DNA of 64,000 bases. It comes from an uncultured bacterium (GTDB taxonomy: Bacteria > Verrucomicrobiota > Kiritimatiellia > CAIKKV01 > CAITUY01). Location of the stretch: NCBI GenBank assembly GCA_903895695.1, contig CAITUY010000085.1:25052-89051 (forward strand), in the 5' to 3' direction. This document shows positions 48,248 through 57,601 of this stretch, in pieces. The translations under genes and the position numbers were made by a program. Position 1 is the first letter of the stretch, and every line of letters begins with the position of its first letter. The notes beneath the pieces are model-generated. The model was given only the letters and a program-made list of their open reading frames with translations, was not told the origin of the DNA and did no database searches.

Positions 48248-49231
48248 ATGAAACGTTTCGGCATTGTTTTCTGGGCGGCAGCAACCCTGTCCGCCGTGGC
48301 CCTGGCGGAGCCCATCACCGTCGACGGCGTGGCGGCCTATGTGAACGATTCCGTGATCACGATCAGCGAAGTGCGCGAGGCCATGGCCCCGATGGTGCCG
48401 GAACTGCGCGAGGTTTACCAGGGCCCCGACCTGCAGGCCAAGATCCAGGAGACGTACGACGACGTGCTGCAGAGCATGATCGACGACAAGCTCATCGTGC
48501 GCGCCTACGACGCGGATACCAAGCTGAACAAGGATGCGATGAACCGACACGTCGAGCGGCGCGTCACCGAGTTCATCGAGGAGCGGTTTGGCGGCGACCG
48601 CCAGGAGTTCCTCAAGGTGCTTAAGGACGAGCACATGCCCTACGACCAATGGCACCAGCGGATGCGAGACCACTTGATCGTGGGCATGATGCGGCAGAAG
48701 GAAGTCGACGGCCAGATCGTGATCCCGCCGCGCGAAGTTCGTCGGATTTACGAGGAGAACGCGGCCAAGTACCAGAAGCCCGAACGCGTGCGGATCAGCG
48801 TGATCGTCATCCACGCCGGCACGAACGACGAGACTCGCGTGGCCAAGCTCAGGCTGGCCACCGAGACCCTGGCACAGCTCAAGGGCGGCGCGTCGTTCGC
48901 CGAGACCGCCAAGCGTGTCTCCGAAGAGACCAAGGCGCAGGAAGGCGGCGACTGGGGCTGGCTCGACCTGGCGGACCTGCGCCGCGAGCTGGTTGAGGCC
49001 GTGAAGCCGCTCGGATTTGGCGCCCTGAGCGGCTTGGTGAGCGTCGATGGCGATCTCTACGTGGTCAAGCTCGTCGGTCGCCAGGCTGCCGGCCTGACGC
49101 CCTTCGACACGGTGCGCGCCGACATCGAGAAGGACCTGCGGCGCAAGGAAACCAAGCGGCTTTACAAGCTGTGGGTCGACCGCCTGCGCAAGGATGCCTT
49201 CGTCCAGGTCGTGAAAACCAACAACCCGTGA
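48248..49231 (+). CDS. surA: SurA-like periplasmic chaperone / parvulin-type peptidyl-prolyl isomerase
   Basis: Signal peptide, SurA N-domain, one parvulin PPIase domain (RISVIVIHAG...GGDWGWLD). Confidence 0.8.
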   Translation: MKRFGIVFWAAATLSAVALAEPITVDGVAAYVNDSVITISEVREAMAPMVPELREVYQGPDLQAKIQETYDDVLQSMIDDKLIVRAYDADTKLNKDAMNRHVERRVTEFIEERFGGDRQEFLKVLKDEHMPYDQWHQRMRDHLIVGMMRQKEVDGQIVIPPREVRRIYEENAAKYQKPERVRISVIVIHAGTNDETRVAKLRLATETLAQLKGGASFAETAKRVSEETKAQEGGDWGWLDLADLRRELVEAVKPLGFGALSGLVSVDGDLYVVKLVGRQAAGLTPFDTVRADIEKDLRRKETKRLYKLWVDRLRKDAFVQVVKTNNP

Positions 49232-49241
49232 GGAGGCGGGG

Positions 49242-50258
49242 GTGAAGCGACCCGTTGTGCTCGGACTCACGTTGGGCGACCCGGCCGGGATCGGCCCCGA
49301 GATCGCGGTCAAGGCGGCCTTGGGTCGCCGTTGGCCGGGATCACTCCGGCTCGTCCTGATCGGCTCTGCCGCCCTCATCCGCGCCGAATGCCGCCGGCAG
49401 AGACTGCCGTTCCCCCCTATCCGCGGGGATGGCATCGAGCTTCCGCCCGTCAGTCTGTGGGATCCAACCCCCGGCCCGGCCGCAGCCGTTCCTCCGGGGC
49501 GCTGTTCGGCCCGGGGCGCCCGACAGGCCGTGGCCTGGATCGAGGCCGCCGTGCGCGCCTGCCAGTCCGGCGAACTGGACGGACTTGTGACGGGGCCCGT
49601 CAACAAGGAAGGACTCAAGCGGGCCGGCGTGCCGTTCCCCGGGCACACCGAAATGCTGGCCGCGCTGACGGGCACGCGCCGCTTCGCGATGCTGCTGGTC
49701 GGGGGCCCCCTGCGCGTCGTGCTGGCGACCCGCCATATCCCGCTGGCCGAGGTGGCCGCGCGCCTTGATGCGCCGGCCATCATCGAGGCCGCCACCCTCA
49801 TGGCGCAGGCGCTGCCCTGGCTGGGGGCGCCCAAGGGCACCATCGGCGTCTGCGCGCTGAACCCGCATGGCGGCGACGGCGGCGCGCTCGGCGACGAAGA
49901 ACGCCGCGTCATCACGCCCGCGCTAAGGGCTCTGCGCCGGCGCGGCATCCCGGTCGAGGGACCTGTGCCGGCCGATGTCATCTTCCACCAGGCGATGCGC
50001 GGGCGCTACGCCGCCGTGCTGGCCCTGTACCACGACCAGGGGTTGGGACCGCTCAAGATGCTCGCCTTTGAGTCGGGCGTGAACGTCACCCTGGGACTGC
50101 CGATCGTCCGGACCTCGCCCGACCACGGCACGGCCTACGATATCGCCGGCCGCGGCACGGCCAGTCCCGCGAGCCTGGTGGAGGCGATCCGCCTGGCCGC
50201 GGACCTGGCCGCGCGGCCGAATCCATGGCGGCGCGCCGCCGCCGGGAGCCGCGCATGA
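49242..50258 (+). CDS. pdxA: 4-hydroxythreonine-4-phosphate dehydrogenase PdxA
   Basis: GDPAGIGPEI...TGPVNKE...PGHTEMLA...LNPHGGDGG...HGTAYDIAG. Confidence 0.9.
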   Translation: MKRPVVLGLTLGDPAGIGPEIAVKAALGRRWPGSLRLVLIGSAALIRAECRRQRLPFPPIRGDGIELPPVSLWDPTPGPAAAVPPGRCSARGARQAVAWIEAAVRACQSGELDGLVTGPVNKEGLKRAGVPFPGHTEMLAALTGTRRFAMLLVGGPLRVVLATRHIPLAEVAARLDAPAIIEAATLMAQALPWLGAPKGTIGVCALNPHGGDGGALGDEERRVITPALRALRRRGIPVEGPVPADVIFHQAMRGRYAAVLALYHDQGLGPLKMLAFESGVNVTLGLPIVRTSPDHGTAYDIAGRGTASPASLVEAIRLAADLAARPNPWRRAAAGSRA

Positions 50259-51148
50259 GCGAAGCCGTCAACCTGACCAGTCCCACCCGGATCCGGGCGC
50301 TGCTCGAGGAACGCGGGCTCCAGACCAGTCAGACGATGGGCCAGAATTTTCTGATTGACGCGAATATTCGCGATATCATCGTCGCGACCGCGGCCGTCGG
50401 CCCGGACGATGTCGTGCTGGAGGTCGGCCCCGGCCTCGGCGTGATCACCGAGCCGCTGACGCGGCTGGCCCGCCGCGTCATTGCGGTTGAAAAGGACGCG
50501 GGCTTTTTCGCGTGGCTGCAGGAGTCGCTGGGCAGCCGGCCCAACCTGGAGTTGATCAAGGGCGACGCCCTCGACCTGGTCGCCGAACGCGTGCCCGGCT
50601 GGGGCGTCACACAGGTGGTCTCGAATCTGCCGTACTCGGTCGGCAGCCGCATCCTGATGGATCTGTTTGCCTTGCCCGATCCGCCGGCGTTCATTACGGT
50701 GACCGTCCAGCTCGAAGTCGCCGAGCGGCTGAAGGCGCGGGTGGGGCACCCCGAGCGCGGGCTGATGGGTGTGTGGGCCCAGCGGTGGTATGACGTCAAG
50801 GTCGTCAAGACCATCCACCCCACGTGTTTCTTGCCGCGGCCCAAGGTGCAGTCGGCCATCGTCCGGCTGACCCGGCACGGGAACGTGCCGACGGCCGACG
50901 GGGCGTTCTTCCGGGCGCTCACGCGGGTTGCCTTCGGGTACCGGCGCAAGCAGATCGCCACGATTTTGAACCGGTCGGCGGCCGAACTGCGCCTGGACGG
51001 CGCGGCCACGACGGCGGCCCTGGGCGAACTCGGGATCGACCCGCAACGGCGGCCCGAAACGTTCGACCGGGAAACGTGGGAGCGGCTGGCCGGACGGTTG
51101 GCGGAGGGACGGACGCAGGGGACGAGCATGGAGACGACGACGGCATGA
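50255..51148 (+). CDS. rsmA: 16S rRNA (adenine1518/1519-N6)-dimethyltransferase RsmA/KsgA
   Basis: GQNFLID...VLEVGPGLGVIT...VVSNLPY; ATGA overlap with pdxA. Confidence 0.9.
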   Translation: MSEAVNLTSPTRIRALLEERGLQTSQTMGQNFLIDANIRDIIVATAAVGPDDVVLEVGPGLGVITEPLTRLARRVIAVEKDAGFFAWLQESLGSRPNLELIKGDALDLVAERVPGWGVTQVVSNLPYSVGSRILMDLFALPDPPAFITVTVQLEVAERLKARVGHPERGLMGVWAQRWYDVKVVKTIHPTCFLPRPKVQSAIVRLTRHGNVPTADGAFFRALTRVAFGYRRKQIATILNRSAAELRLDGAATTAALGELGIDPQRRPETFDRETWERLAGRLAEGRTQGTSMETTTA

Positions 51149-53652
51149 GCGGCGAAACGTTGACCCCGATGATGGCCCAGTACCGGCAGGTGCGCAACCG
51201 CCTGCCGTCCAATACCATTCTGTTCTTCCGGCTCGGCGACTTTTACGAAATGTTTTTCGAGGACGCCAAGACGGCGGCGCAAATCCTCGATATCGCCCTC
51301 ACCAAGCGGCAGGGCATACCAATGTGCGGCGTGCCGCATCACAGCGTCGACGTCTACCTGGCCAAGCTCATCCGGGCCGGCAAGAAGGTGGCGATCTGCG
51401 ACCAGGTCGAGGACGCGGCCGTGGCCAAGGGGATCGTGCGGCGCGAGGTGACGGGCATCGTGACCCCGGGCACCGTGATGCAGGATGCAATCCTGACCTC
51501 GGCCCAGAACAACTATCTCGGCGGCCTGTGCCGGAGTGGCGCGCTGGGCGGATTGGCCATGCTTGACGTGTCGACCGGTGCCTTCTGGATCGAGGAATCC
51601 GAGGACCTGGGCCGCCTGGCCGACACGCTGCGCCGCTTCGGTCCGCGCGAAATCGTAGTGCCGTCCGAGCAGATGAACGATCCGGCGCTTCGCCGGGCGC
51701 TCCAGTCCCTGCCGGGCCTGGTCGTGAACCCCTGCGAGGACTGGGTGTTCCAGGTCGGCGTCGCCCGGGACCGGCTGATCCGCCAGTTCGCGGTTCATTC
51801 GCTGGAGGGGTTCGGCTGCGAACAGAAGACCGCGGCCGTCGGCGCGGCCGGGGCGGTCCTGTACTACGTGCAGGAGGAGTTGCACCGGGACGTGCGCCAC
51901 GTGCGCGGCGTGCGGTTGAACAACCCGGCCGACTTCATGGTGCTCGACGAGTCCACGGGCGCGAACCTCGACTTGATTCCGCGCCGGGGCGAGGAACGGC
52001 GCGGCTCGTTCACGCTGCTGGGCGTGCTCGACGTGACGCAGACGCCCATGGGCGCCCGGCTGCTGCGCGAGTGGATCCTGCGGCCGCTGGCCGAGGTGCG
52101 CGGCATCGTGCGGCGGCTCGACGCGGTCGAGGCCTGCGTGCGCGACCGCGGCCTGCTGCGCGACCTGCGCGATCCGCTGAGCGGCATCCGCGACCTCGAG
52201 CGGCTCGTCGCGCGGCTTAGCGCGGGCGCGGGCAACGCCCGGGACCTGCGCGCCATGGGGATGTCCCTGGCGGCCCTGCCGGGCCTCAAGGCCGTGGCCG
52301 TCAGCCATGCCGACCCTCTTTTCCATGAACTGGGCGAAAGCATCACGCTGCTGCCCGAGGTCGCGGGCCTGATCGAAAAGGCCATCGCCGACGAGCCGCC
52401 CGCCACGCTCAAGGAAGGCGGGATGATCCGCAAGGGGTACCGGCTCGATCTCGACGAGTTGCGCTCGGCGGCGACCCAGGGGCGGGAGTGGCTGGCGGAA
52501 TTCCAGGCACGCGAACAGGCGCGCACCGGCATCAAGACGCTCAAGGTCCGCCACAACCGGGTGTTCGGTTATTACATCGAGATTTCGCGCGGGCAACTGG
52601 CCAACGTGCCGCCCGAGTACCAGCGCAAGCAGACACTCGTCAACGGCGAACGGTTCGTCACGCCGGAACTCAAGGAATACGAGGACAAGATTGTCGGCGC
52701 CCAGGACAAGGCCGTAGCCCTCGAATACGAGGTGTTCGTCGAGGTGCGCGACCGGGTGGTGGCCGAGACGGCCGCCATCCAGCGCACGGCGGCCGCCCTG
52801 GCCCAGGTCGATGTGCTGACCGCGCTGGCCGACCGCGCCGCGGTGCTGCGCTACGTGCGGCCGCGCGTGCATGACGGCGATCGGTTGTGGATCAAGGACG
52901 GGCGGCATCCGGTGATCGAGCAACTGCCGGAGGCCGAGCGGTTCGTGCCCAACGACACGCTGCTCGACGGCACGCAGAACCAGTTGGTTGTGCTTACCGG
53001 GCCGAACATGGCCGGCAAGTCCACCTACATCCGGCAGGTGGGCCTGATCGTGATCATGGCGCAACTGGGTTCGTTCGTTCCGGCGGCCGAGGCCGAGATC
53101 GGCATCGCCGACCAGGTGTTCACGCGGGTGGGGGCGAGCGACGATATTGCCCGGGGCCGCAGCACGTTCATGGTTGAGATGCAGGAAACCGCGAACATCC
53201 TGAACAACGCGACGCCGCGCAGCCTGATCATCCTGGACGAGATCGGGCGCGGCACGAGCACGTTCGACGGGATCAGCATCGCCTGGGCCGTGGCGGAGTT
53301 CCTGCACAACAATCCGAAAGCCAAGGCGAAAACCTTGTTCGCCACGCACTACCACGAGTTGACTGACCTGGCCCTGACCCTGCCGGGCGTGAAGAACTAC
53401 AACGTGCTCGTGAGCGAACGCAACGACTCGGTGGTATTCCTGCGCAAGATCGTGCCCGGGGCCGCGGACAAGAGTTACGGGATCCAGGTGGCGCGGTTGG
53501 CGGGGTTGCCCCTGGAGGTTGTGGACCGGGCCAAGGAGATCCTGGCCAATCTTGAAGAAGGCGAGTTCGGCGAGGCCGGGCAACCCAAGCTGGCCCGGCA
53601 GAGCCGCCGCAGAGGCCGGCCGAGCGACGGGCAGATGAACCTGTTCGGGTGA
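51145..53652 (+). CDS. mutS: DNA mismatch repair protein MutS
   Basis: TPMMAQY...FFRLGDFYEMF mismatch-binding domain; Walker A GPNMAGKST; STFMVEMQETA; ATGA overlap with rsmA. Confidence 0.95.
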   Translation: MSGETLTPMMAQYRQVRNRLPSNTILFFRLGDFYEMFFEDAKTAAQILDIALTKRQGIPMCGVPHHSVDVYLAKLIRAGKKVAICDQVEDAAVAKGIVRREVTGIVTPGTVMQDAILTSAQNNYLGGLCRSGALGGLAMLDVSTGAFWIEESEDLGRLADTLRRFGPREIVVPSEQMNDPALRRALQSLPGLVVNPCEDWVFQVGVARDRLIRQFAVHSLEGFGCEQKTAAVGAAGAVLYYVQEELHRDVRHVRGVRLNNPADFMVLDESTGANLDLIPRRGEERRGSFTLLGVLDVTQTPMGARLLREWILRPLAEVRGIVRRLDAVEACVRDRGLLRDLRDPLSGIRDLERLVARLSAGAGNARDLRAMGMSLAALPGLKAVAVSHADPLFHELGESITLLPEVAGLIEKAIADEPPATLKEGGMIRKGYRLDLDELRSAATQGREWLAEFQAREQARTGIKTLKVRHNRVFGYYIEISRGQLANVPPEYQRKQTLVNGERFVTPELKEYEDKIVGAQDKAVALEYEVFVEVRDRVVAETAAIQRTAAALAQVDVLTALADRAAVLRYVRPRVHDGDRLWIKDGRHPVIEQLPEAERFVPNDTLLDGTQNQLVVLTGPNMAGKSTYIRQVGLIVIMAQLGSFVPAAEAEIGIADQVFTRVGASDDIARGRSTFMVEMQETANILNNATPRSLIILDEIGRGTSTFDGISIAWAVAEFLHNNPKAKAKTLFATHYHELTDLALTLPGVKNYNVLVSERNDSVVFLRKIVPGAADKSYGIQVARLAGLPLEVVDRAKEILANLEEGEFGEAGQPKLARQSRRRGRPSDGQMNLFG

Positions 53653-53678
53653 GGCAGGGGCGGGCTCCGGCCCCAAAA

Positions 53679-53712
53679 AGAAACCGGCCGGGGTTGCCCC
53701 CGGCCGGTTGTG
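53679..53712. terminator. Bidirectional rho-independent terminator between convergent mutS and the RRM-protein gene
   Basis: CCGGCCGGGG-TTGC-CCCCGGCCGG 10-bp GC stem; T-run on minus strand (TTTCTTTTTGGGG) and weaker TTGTGGGTCTTCT on plus. Confidence 0.6.
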
Positions 53713-53732
53713 GGTCTTCTGCGAGGTGTAGG

Positions 53733-54032
53733 CTACCAGCGACGTTCGCGGGATTCGCCGCCGCCGCCACCGCCATTGCGCGGGGCATCCGTGCGCGGAC
53801 GCGCTTCGTTCACCTTAAGTTTGCGGCCGCCCATATCCTTGTCGTTCAAGGCGCCGATCGCGCTCTGGGCCTGCGTTGCATCAGGCATCACGACGAAACC
53901 AAAGCCCTTCGACCGGCCGGTTTCGCGGTCCTGGATGATGTTCACCGATTCCACGGTGCCATGCTGTTCGAACATCTGACGCATTTCTTCCTGCGTCGTC
54001 GAATAAGGGAGATTGCCAACGTAAATATTCAC
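53733..54032 (-). CDS. RRM (RNP-1) glycine-rich RNA-binding protein
   Basis: MNIYVGNLPYSTTQEEMRQMFEQHG...KGFGFVVMP (RNP2/RNP1) plus G-rich tail. Confidence 0.9.
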   Translation of the reverse strand: MNIYVGNLPYSTTQEEMRQMFEQHGTVESVNIIQDRETGRSKGFGFVVMPDATQAQSAIGALNDKDMGGRKLKVNEARPRTDAPRNGGGGGGESRERRW

Positions 54033-54287
54033 TCTGTCACCTTGCTTGAAAACTAAGACTTACTACACATTACCCAAACAACCGATCGCGTCTAACGTGT
54101 CGCCAACTCTGCCTGCCTCGTACACCTCCATATATTGCCCGCGCCCACTTTCAGGCACTATAGGGCGGGACAATACCGCAACCCCAAACGGCCGCGCAAC
54201 AGTTTTTTTGATGGTTTGGCGGGGCTTCGAAAACGCTGCGTTGCCGGGTATGGTCTCTTGTGTTATTGAGGGTCATAACAAGGTTAC

Positions 54288-55187
54288 TTGACGATGCTTA
54301 AGTATTCCGTCTACGTGCTGGCAGAGGCGGTGAGCCGGGCTATCCCCCGGCCGTTCGCCTACTGGCTCAGCCTGCGGATCGCCGACGCCTACTTCTTCTG
54401 TGACCGGCGCGGGCGGGAAGCGGTGATGGACAACCTGCGGCACGTGCTGACGTTCGGCGGGGCCGCGGTTTCGGAGCGCGAGTTGCGCCTGGCGGCCCGG
54501 CGCACGTTTCAACACTTCGGCAAGTACCTCGTCGAATTTTTTACGTTCGCGCGGCTTACGCCGGAACAGATTCGGGAGTTGGTGGCCGTCGAGCACCGTG
54601 AGTATCTTGAGAAGGCTGTGGCCGCCGGCCGCGGCGTGATCGTGGTGACCGCGCATCTCGGCAACTGGGAACTAGGTGGGGCCGTGATGGCGGGGTTGGG
54701 TTATCCCCTCAATGTCGTCACCCTGCAGCAGACCTCGGCCAAGCTGAACGAGTTCTTCCAGCACCACCGGCAGCGGCGCGGCATGGCGATCATTCCGCTG
54801 GGGCATGCCGTGCCGCAGCTGATCCGGGCCTTGAGGCGCAAGGAATGCGTGGCGTTGCTGGCCGATCGCGATTACTCGCAGCGCACGGATTTCTCTCCGC
54901 TGTTCGGCGCCGCAGCGTGCCTGCCGCGGGGGCCGGTCTGGCTGGCGGAAAAGACGGGGGCCTTGGTCCTGCCCGGTTTCATGTTGCGCAAGGAGAACGA
55001 TACGTTCGAGTTGCGTTTCCATCCGCCCATCGACCCGACCGGCCTGTCCGCGGAACAGATCCGGAGTGCCATCGGCGCGGTTCTCGAGGACAGCGTCGCG
55101 CGCAATCCCCACCAGTGGTTCATGTTCGAGCGCGTTTGGAACGGACAGAGCTACGGTCGGGAAGCCGGGAAAGCCAGCGAACAGTGA
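54288..55187 (+). CDS. Lipid A biosynthesis acyltransferase family (LpxL/HtrB-like lysophospholipid acyltransferase)
   Basis: ~300 aa; HLGNWE (HX4D-like) motif and overall LpxL/LpxM architecture. Confidence 0.7.
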   Translation: MTMLKYSVYVLAEAVSRAIPRPFAYWLSLRIADAYFFCDRRGREAVMDNLRHVLTFGGAAVSERELRLAARRTFQHFGKYLVEFFTFARLTPEQIRELVAVEHREYLEKAVAAGRGVIVVTAHLGNWELGGAVMAGLGYPLNVVTLQQTSAKLNEFFQHHRQRRGMAIIPLGHAVPQLIRALRRKECVALLADRDYSQRTDFSPLFGAAACLPRGPVWLAEKTGALVLPGFMLRKENDTFELRFHPPIDPTGLSAEQIRSAIGAVLEDSVARNPHQWFMFERVWNGQSYGREAGKASEQ

Positions 55188-55354
55188 AGGGGTGCCGAGA
55201 CTGTAGGCTATAGGCTGTAGACCTTAGGAATACTGCAGCTTTTGGCTCTGGTGCTCGGCAAGGCATTTTCGACCTTCAGTTCCTGGATCTGCCCCGTTCG
55301 GCCCTACAGCCTACAGCCTAAGCTGCTACAGTCTTGGTGTTCACTGTTCACTGG
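55179..55354. repeat. Long imperfect palindromic element built from CTGTAGGCT/AGCCTACAG units, bounded by inverted CAGTGAA motifs
   Basis: Left arm GACTGTAGGCTATAGGCTGTAGACC (55199-55223) pairs with right arm GGCCCTACAGCCTACAGCCTAAGCTGCTACAGTC (55301-55334); GCAGCTT/AAGCTGC inner pairing; outer ACAGTGAA ... TTCACTGTTCACTG. Confidence 0.6.
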
Positions 55355-55411
55355 CTTCCTTGACGAACCTCGTGAGGCCCGGCATAGTACGGCGAACACG
55401 GGAACGTTAAC

Positions 55412-56113
55412 ATGTCACAAACGCGGCAATTGCAACGCGGATGCGTGGTCATACCGGCTTACAATGAGGAGCGGCGCATTGCCGCGGTGGTGCGGCGCGC
55501 GAAGGAGCAGGTTCCGGCGGTAATCGTGGTGGACGACGGATCGCGCGACGGGACGGCGCGTGAGGCGGAAGCGGCGGGGGCGTCTGTGTTGCGGCACGAG
55601 TCCAATCGCGGCAAGGGCGCGGCCCTTGAGACCGGCTTCCGTTATGCGCGCGGGCATGGGTTCGACTACGTCATCACGATGGATGGCGACGGCCAGCACG
55701 ATCCGGCCGATCTGCCGAAATTTGTGGAGGCTTATGTGCGCACCGGGATTCCCGTGCTGGTCGGCAACCGGATGGCCGATGCGGGCCAGATGCCGTGGAT
55801 CCGGCGATTCACCAATCGTGTCATGAGTTGGTTGTTGAGTCGCGATATGGGGCAGTACGTGCCCGACACGCAGTGCGGGTACCGGCTGCTGCGGTGCGAC
55901 GTTGTGCCGCTGGTATCGGCCGAATCCACGCGCTATGCGGCGGAATCCGAGATGCTGCTGCACGTGGCCGACCGGGGGATCCGGATCGATGCCGTGCCCG
56001 TCGCCACGATCTACCGGGACGAGAAGAGCAAGATCAACCCCTTCCGCGACACGATCCGGTTTATCCGGATGCTCCGGAACTATCGTCGGAAGAAGCGCGC
56101 CGCACGCCGGTGA
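55412..56113 (+). CDS. Family 2 glycosyltransferase (polyprenyl-phosphate sugar transferase, DPM1/ArnC-like)
   Basis: VVIPAYNEE...VVDDGSRDGT...DGDGQHDP (DXD). Confidence 0.8.
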   Translation: MSQTRQLQRGCVVIPAYNEERRIAAVVRRAKEQVPAVIVVDDGSRDGTAREAEAAGASVLRHESNRGKGAALETGFRYARGHGFDYVITMDGDGQHDPADLPKFVEAYVRTGIPVLVGNRMADAGQMPWIRRFTNRVMSWLLSRDMGQYVPDTQCGYRLLRCDVVPLVSAESTRYAAESEMLLHVADRGIRIDAVPVATIYRDEKSKINPFRDTIRFIRMLRNYRRKKRAARR

Positions 56114-56119
56114 GGGGTG

Positions 56120-56245
56120 CGGGTGCGAAGTCCGTCCTTTCTGGTCTGCCTCTTCTGGGAGCGGCGCGACTTCCCGCGCCGGCCGGAGCCGGAAGCGGCT
56201 CCGCTCCTTGTGGCAGGATGGTTTTCGGAGGCCTCTAGGACAACA
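56120..56245. repeat. Copy C (shorter variant) of the palindromic intergenic repeat family
   Basis: GTCTGCCTCTTCTGGGAGCGGCGCGACTTCCCGCGCCGGCCGGAGCCGGAAGCGGCTCCGCTCCTTGTGGCAGGATGGTTTTCGGAGGCCTC; lacks the central 26-nt segment present in copies A and B. Confidence 0.75.
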
Positions 56246-56610
56246 GGGATTTCACCACCCGCTGCGCTTGAGACACGGAGACCCGGAGGGGGATGCGGAG
56301 AGCACCAGAGGGGAAAAGATGCCGCTGCATCCTCCTATGCACTCGGCAGCTCGGTGTTGCGCGCATTTGGCACAGGGCTGCACCTCGCACGGGACCGGCC
56401 AATCGCCTGAAAGGCCCTCGCCCTGTGCCAAATGCGCGCAACGTTTCCACGGGAGAAGAAGGGGGCAGTGCCAAGCCAGGTCTTCCCCGTGCCTTCGCGC
56501 CCTCGGCCCGCCGTAGCTAACAGCGAAGGCGGCTCCAGCGTAGCGGGTGGTTCAGTTCTCGAGATAAGCTACGCCAACCTGGATTTCCCGGATTTCCCGC
56601 CGGAAACCTT

Positions 56611-56638
56611 TTGACATGGCGGCCGTTTCCGATATGCT
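56611..56638 (+). promoter_or_regulatory. Candidate promoter of tRNA-Pro
   Basis: TTGACA (56611-56616) - 16 nt - TATGCT (56633-56638), ~20 nt upstream of the tRNA 5' end. Confidence 0.35.
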
Positions 56639-56658
56639 TGTTGGGCTTTTTGGTCAGT

Positions 56659-56735
56659 CGGGGTGTAGCGCAGACTGGTAGCGCGTTTGGTTCGGGACCA
56701 AAAGGTCGGGGGTTCAAATCCCCCCGCCCCGACCA
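56659..56735 (+). tRNA. tRNA-Pro (anticodon CGG); 3' half serves as attachment site for the downstream integrated element
   Basis: Manual cloverleaf: acceptor CGGGGTG/CGCCCCG, D-arm, anticodon stem TTTGG/CCAAA with loop TTCGGGA (CGG), T-arm GGGGG-TTCAAAT-CCCCC, discriminator A, encoded CCA. Confidence 0.85.
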
Positions 56736-56820
56736 TTTCTTCCTTGCGTAGAATCACTCGAAAGCCCTGTGAATACAGGCTCTAATCGATGTTCAGCGCC
56801 TGCGGCGGTCCGCCTGCACT

Positions 56821-56884
56821 TCTGTGGAATTCTGCGAAATCCCTTTCTGTGGTTGCCACAGTTTTTACCACAGTTACCACAGTC
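56821..56884. promoter_or_regulatory. Cluster of CTGTGG / CCACAGT repeats at the left end of the integrated element (candidate integrase arm-type sites)
   Basis: TCTGTGGAATTCTGCGAAATCCCTTTCTGTGGTTGCCACAGTTTTTACCACAGTTACCACAGTC; matching TTGCCACAGTTTTAACCACAGTAGG at 63311-63334 near the other end. Confidence 0.5.
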
Positions 56885-56934
56885 GGCCGGGAAGAAAAAA
56901 CCTGAGTATTGTGCATGTGGTCCAATGCGCTTGC

Positions 56935-57342
56935 TCAGTTTGTGAACATTGCGCGCCACTTGAACCAGGCAAACCAGGAGATCGTGACGCCCAGGAAGCG
57001 CACGCCCGCGCGCACCGACCCCATTCCATACGCGCACTGGGTCCGGTAGAACCGCACGTTCGCATCCCACCCGCCGTTGCCCGTGCCCCAGTCGAAGTCA
57101 TGCCGCAGGCACGGCGGGAAGTAGATCGTCGGCCAGTAGACCTCCGACACCCCGGTGCACCCGTCGCAGTCCGTGAACCAGTCCCACTTGTCGGAGTCCA
57201 GCGCCTCCCGGATTAACGCCTGGATGTCCGCCGGCACGTTCAGCACGTCGAACGACTCGATGATTCGCCGGTACTCGGTCGCCCGGTCCAACCCTTCGCT
57301 CTTACCCTTGCCACACCCCATCACCCCGCAACGCCCGCTCAT
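56935..57342 (-). CDS. Hypothetical Cys/Trp-rich protein (last gene of the caspase-like operon)
   Basis: 136 aa from ATG 57342 (TAA-1nt-ATG junction with upstream gene); aromatic C-terminus ISWFAWFKWRAMFTN; no family recognised. Confidence 0.45.
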   Translation of the reverse strand: MSGRCGVMGCGKGKSEGLDRATEYRRIIESFDVLNVPADIQALIREALDSDKWDWFTDCDGCTGVSEVYWPTIYFPPCLRHDFDWGTGNGGWDANVRFYRTQCAYGMGSVRAGVRFLGVTISWFAWFKWRAMFTN

Positions 57343-57343
57343 A

Positions 57344-57601
57344 TTACCGCCCTTTCGCAATAGCCCACTTGAACAACAGGATCAGTCCCATGACGGCCGC
57401 AGTGAGGACCGTGCCCACGATGATCGAGAGCGCCCAAAGAAGACCGTGCAGAATCTGCTCGTGCCGCTCGATCCGGGTCTGAATCGACAAGGTCCCGTTA
57501 TCGCGGAATAACCGTTTCTCGATGGACTCCAGCTTCTGAAACACGCGCTGGTTGATCTCGCCGCATTGCGCGTGCGTCACGAATTCCCCTGTCTCCTTCA
57601 T
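57344..57601 (-). CDS. Small membrane protein, XhlA/holin-like (N-terminal coiled-coil, single C-terminal TM)
   Basis: 85 aa; INQRVFQKLESIEKRLFRDNGTLSIQTRIERHEQILHGLLWALSIIVGTVLTAAVMGLILLF; ATGA overlap with caspase-like gene. Confidence 0.5.
   Translation of the reverse strand: MKETGEFVTHAQCGEINQRVFQKLESIEKRLFRDNGTLSIQTRIERHEQILHGLLWALSIIVGTVLTAAVMGLILLFKWAIAKGR

Noticed and set aside
50329-53676. 1115-aa minus-strand ORF
   Set aside because: Antisense to rsmA and mutS, which carry unambiguous motifs on the plus strand.
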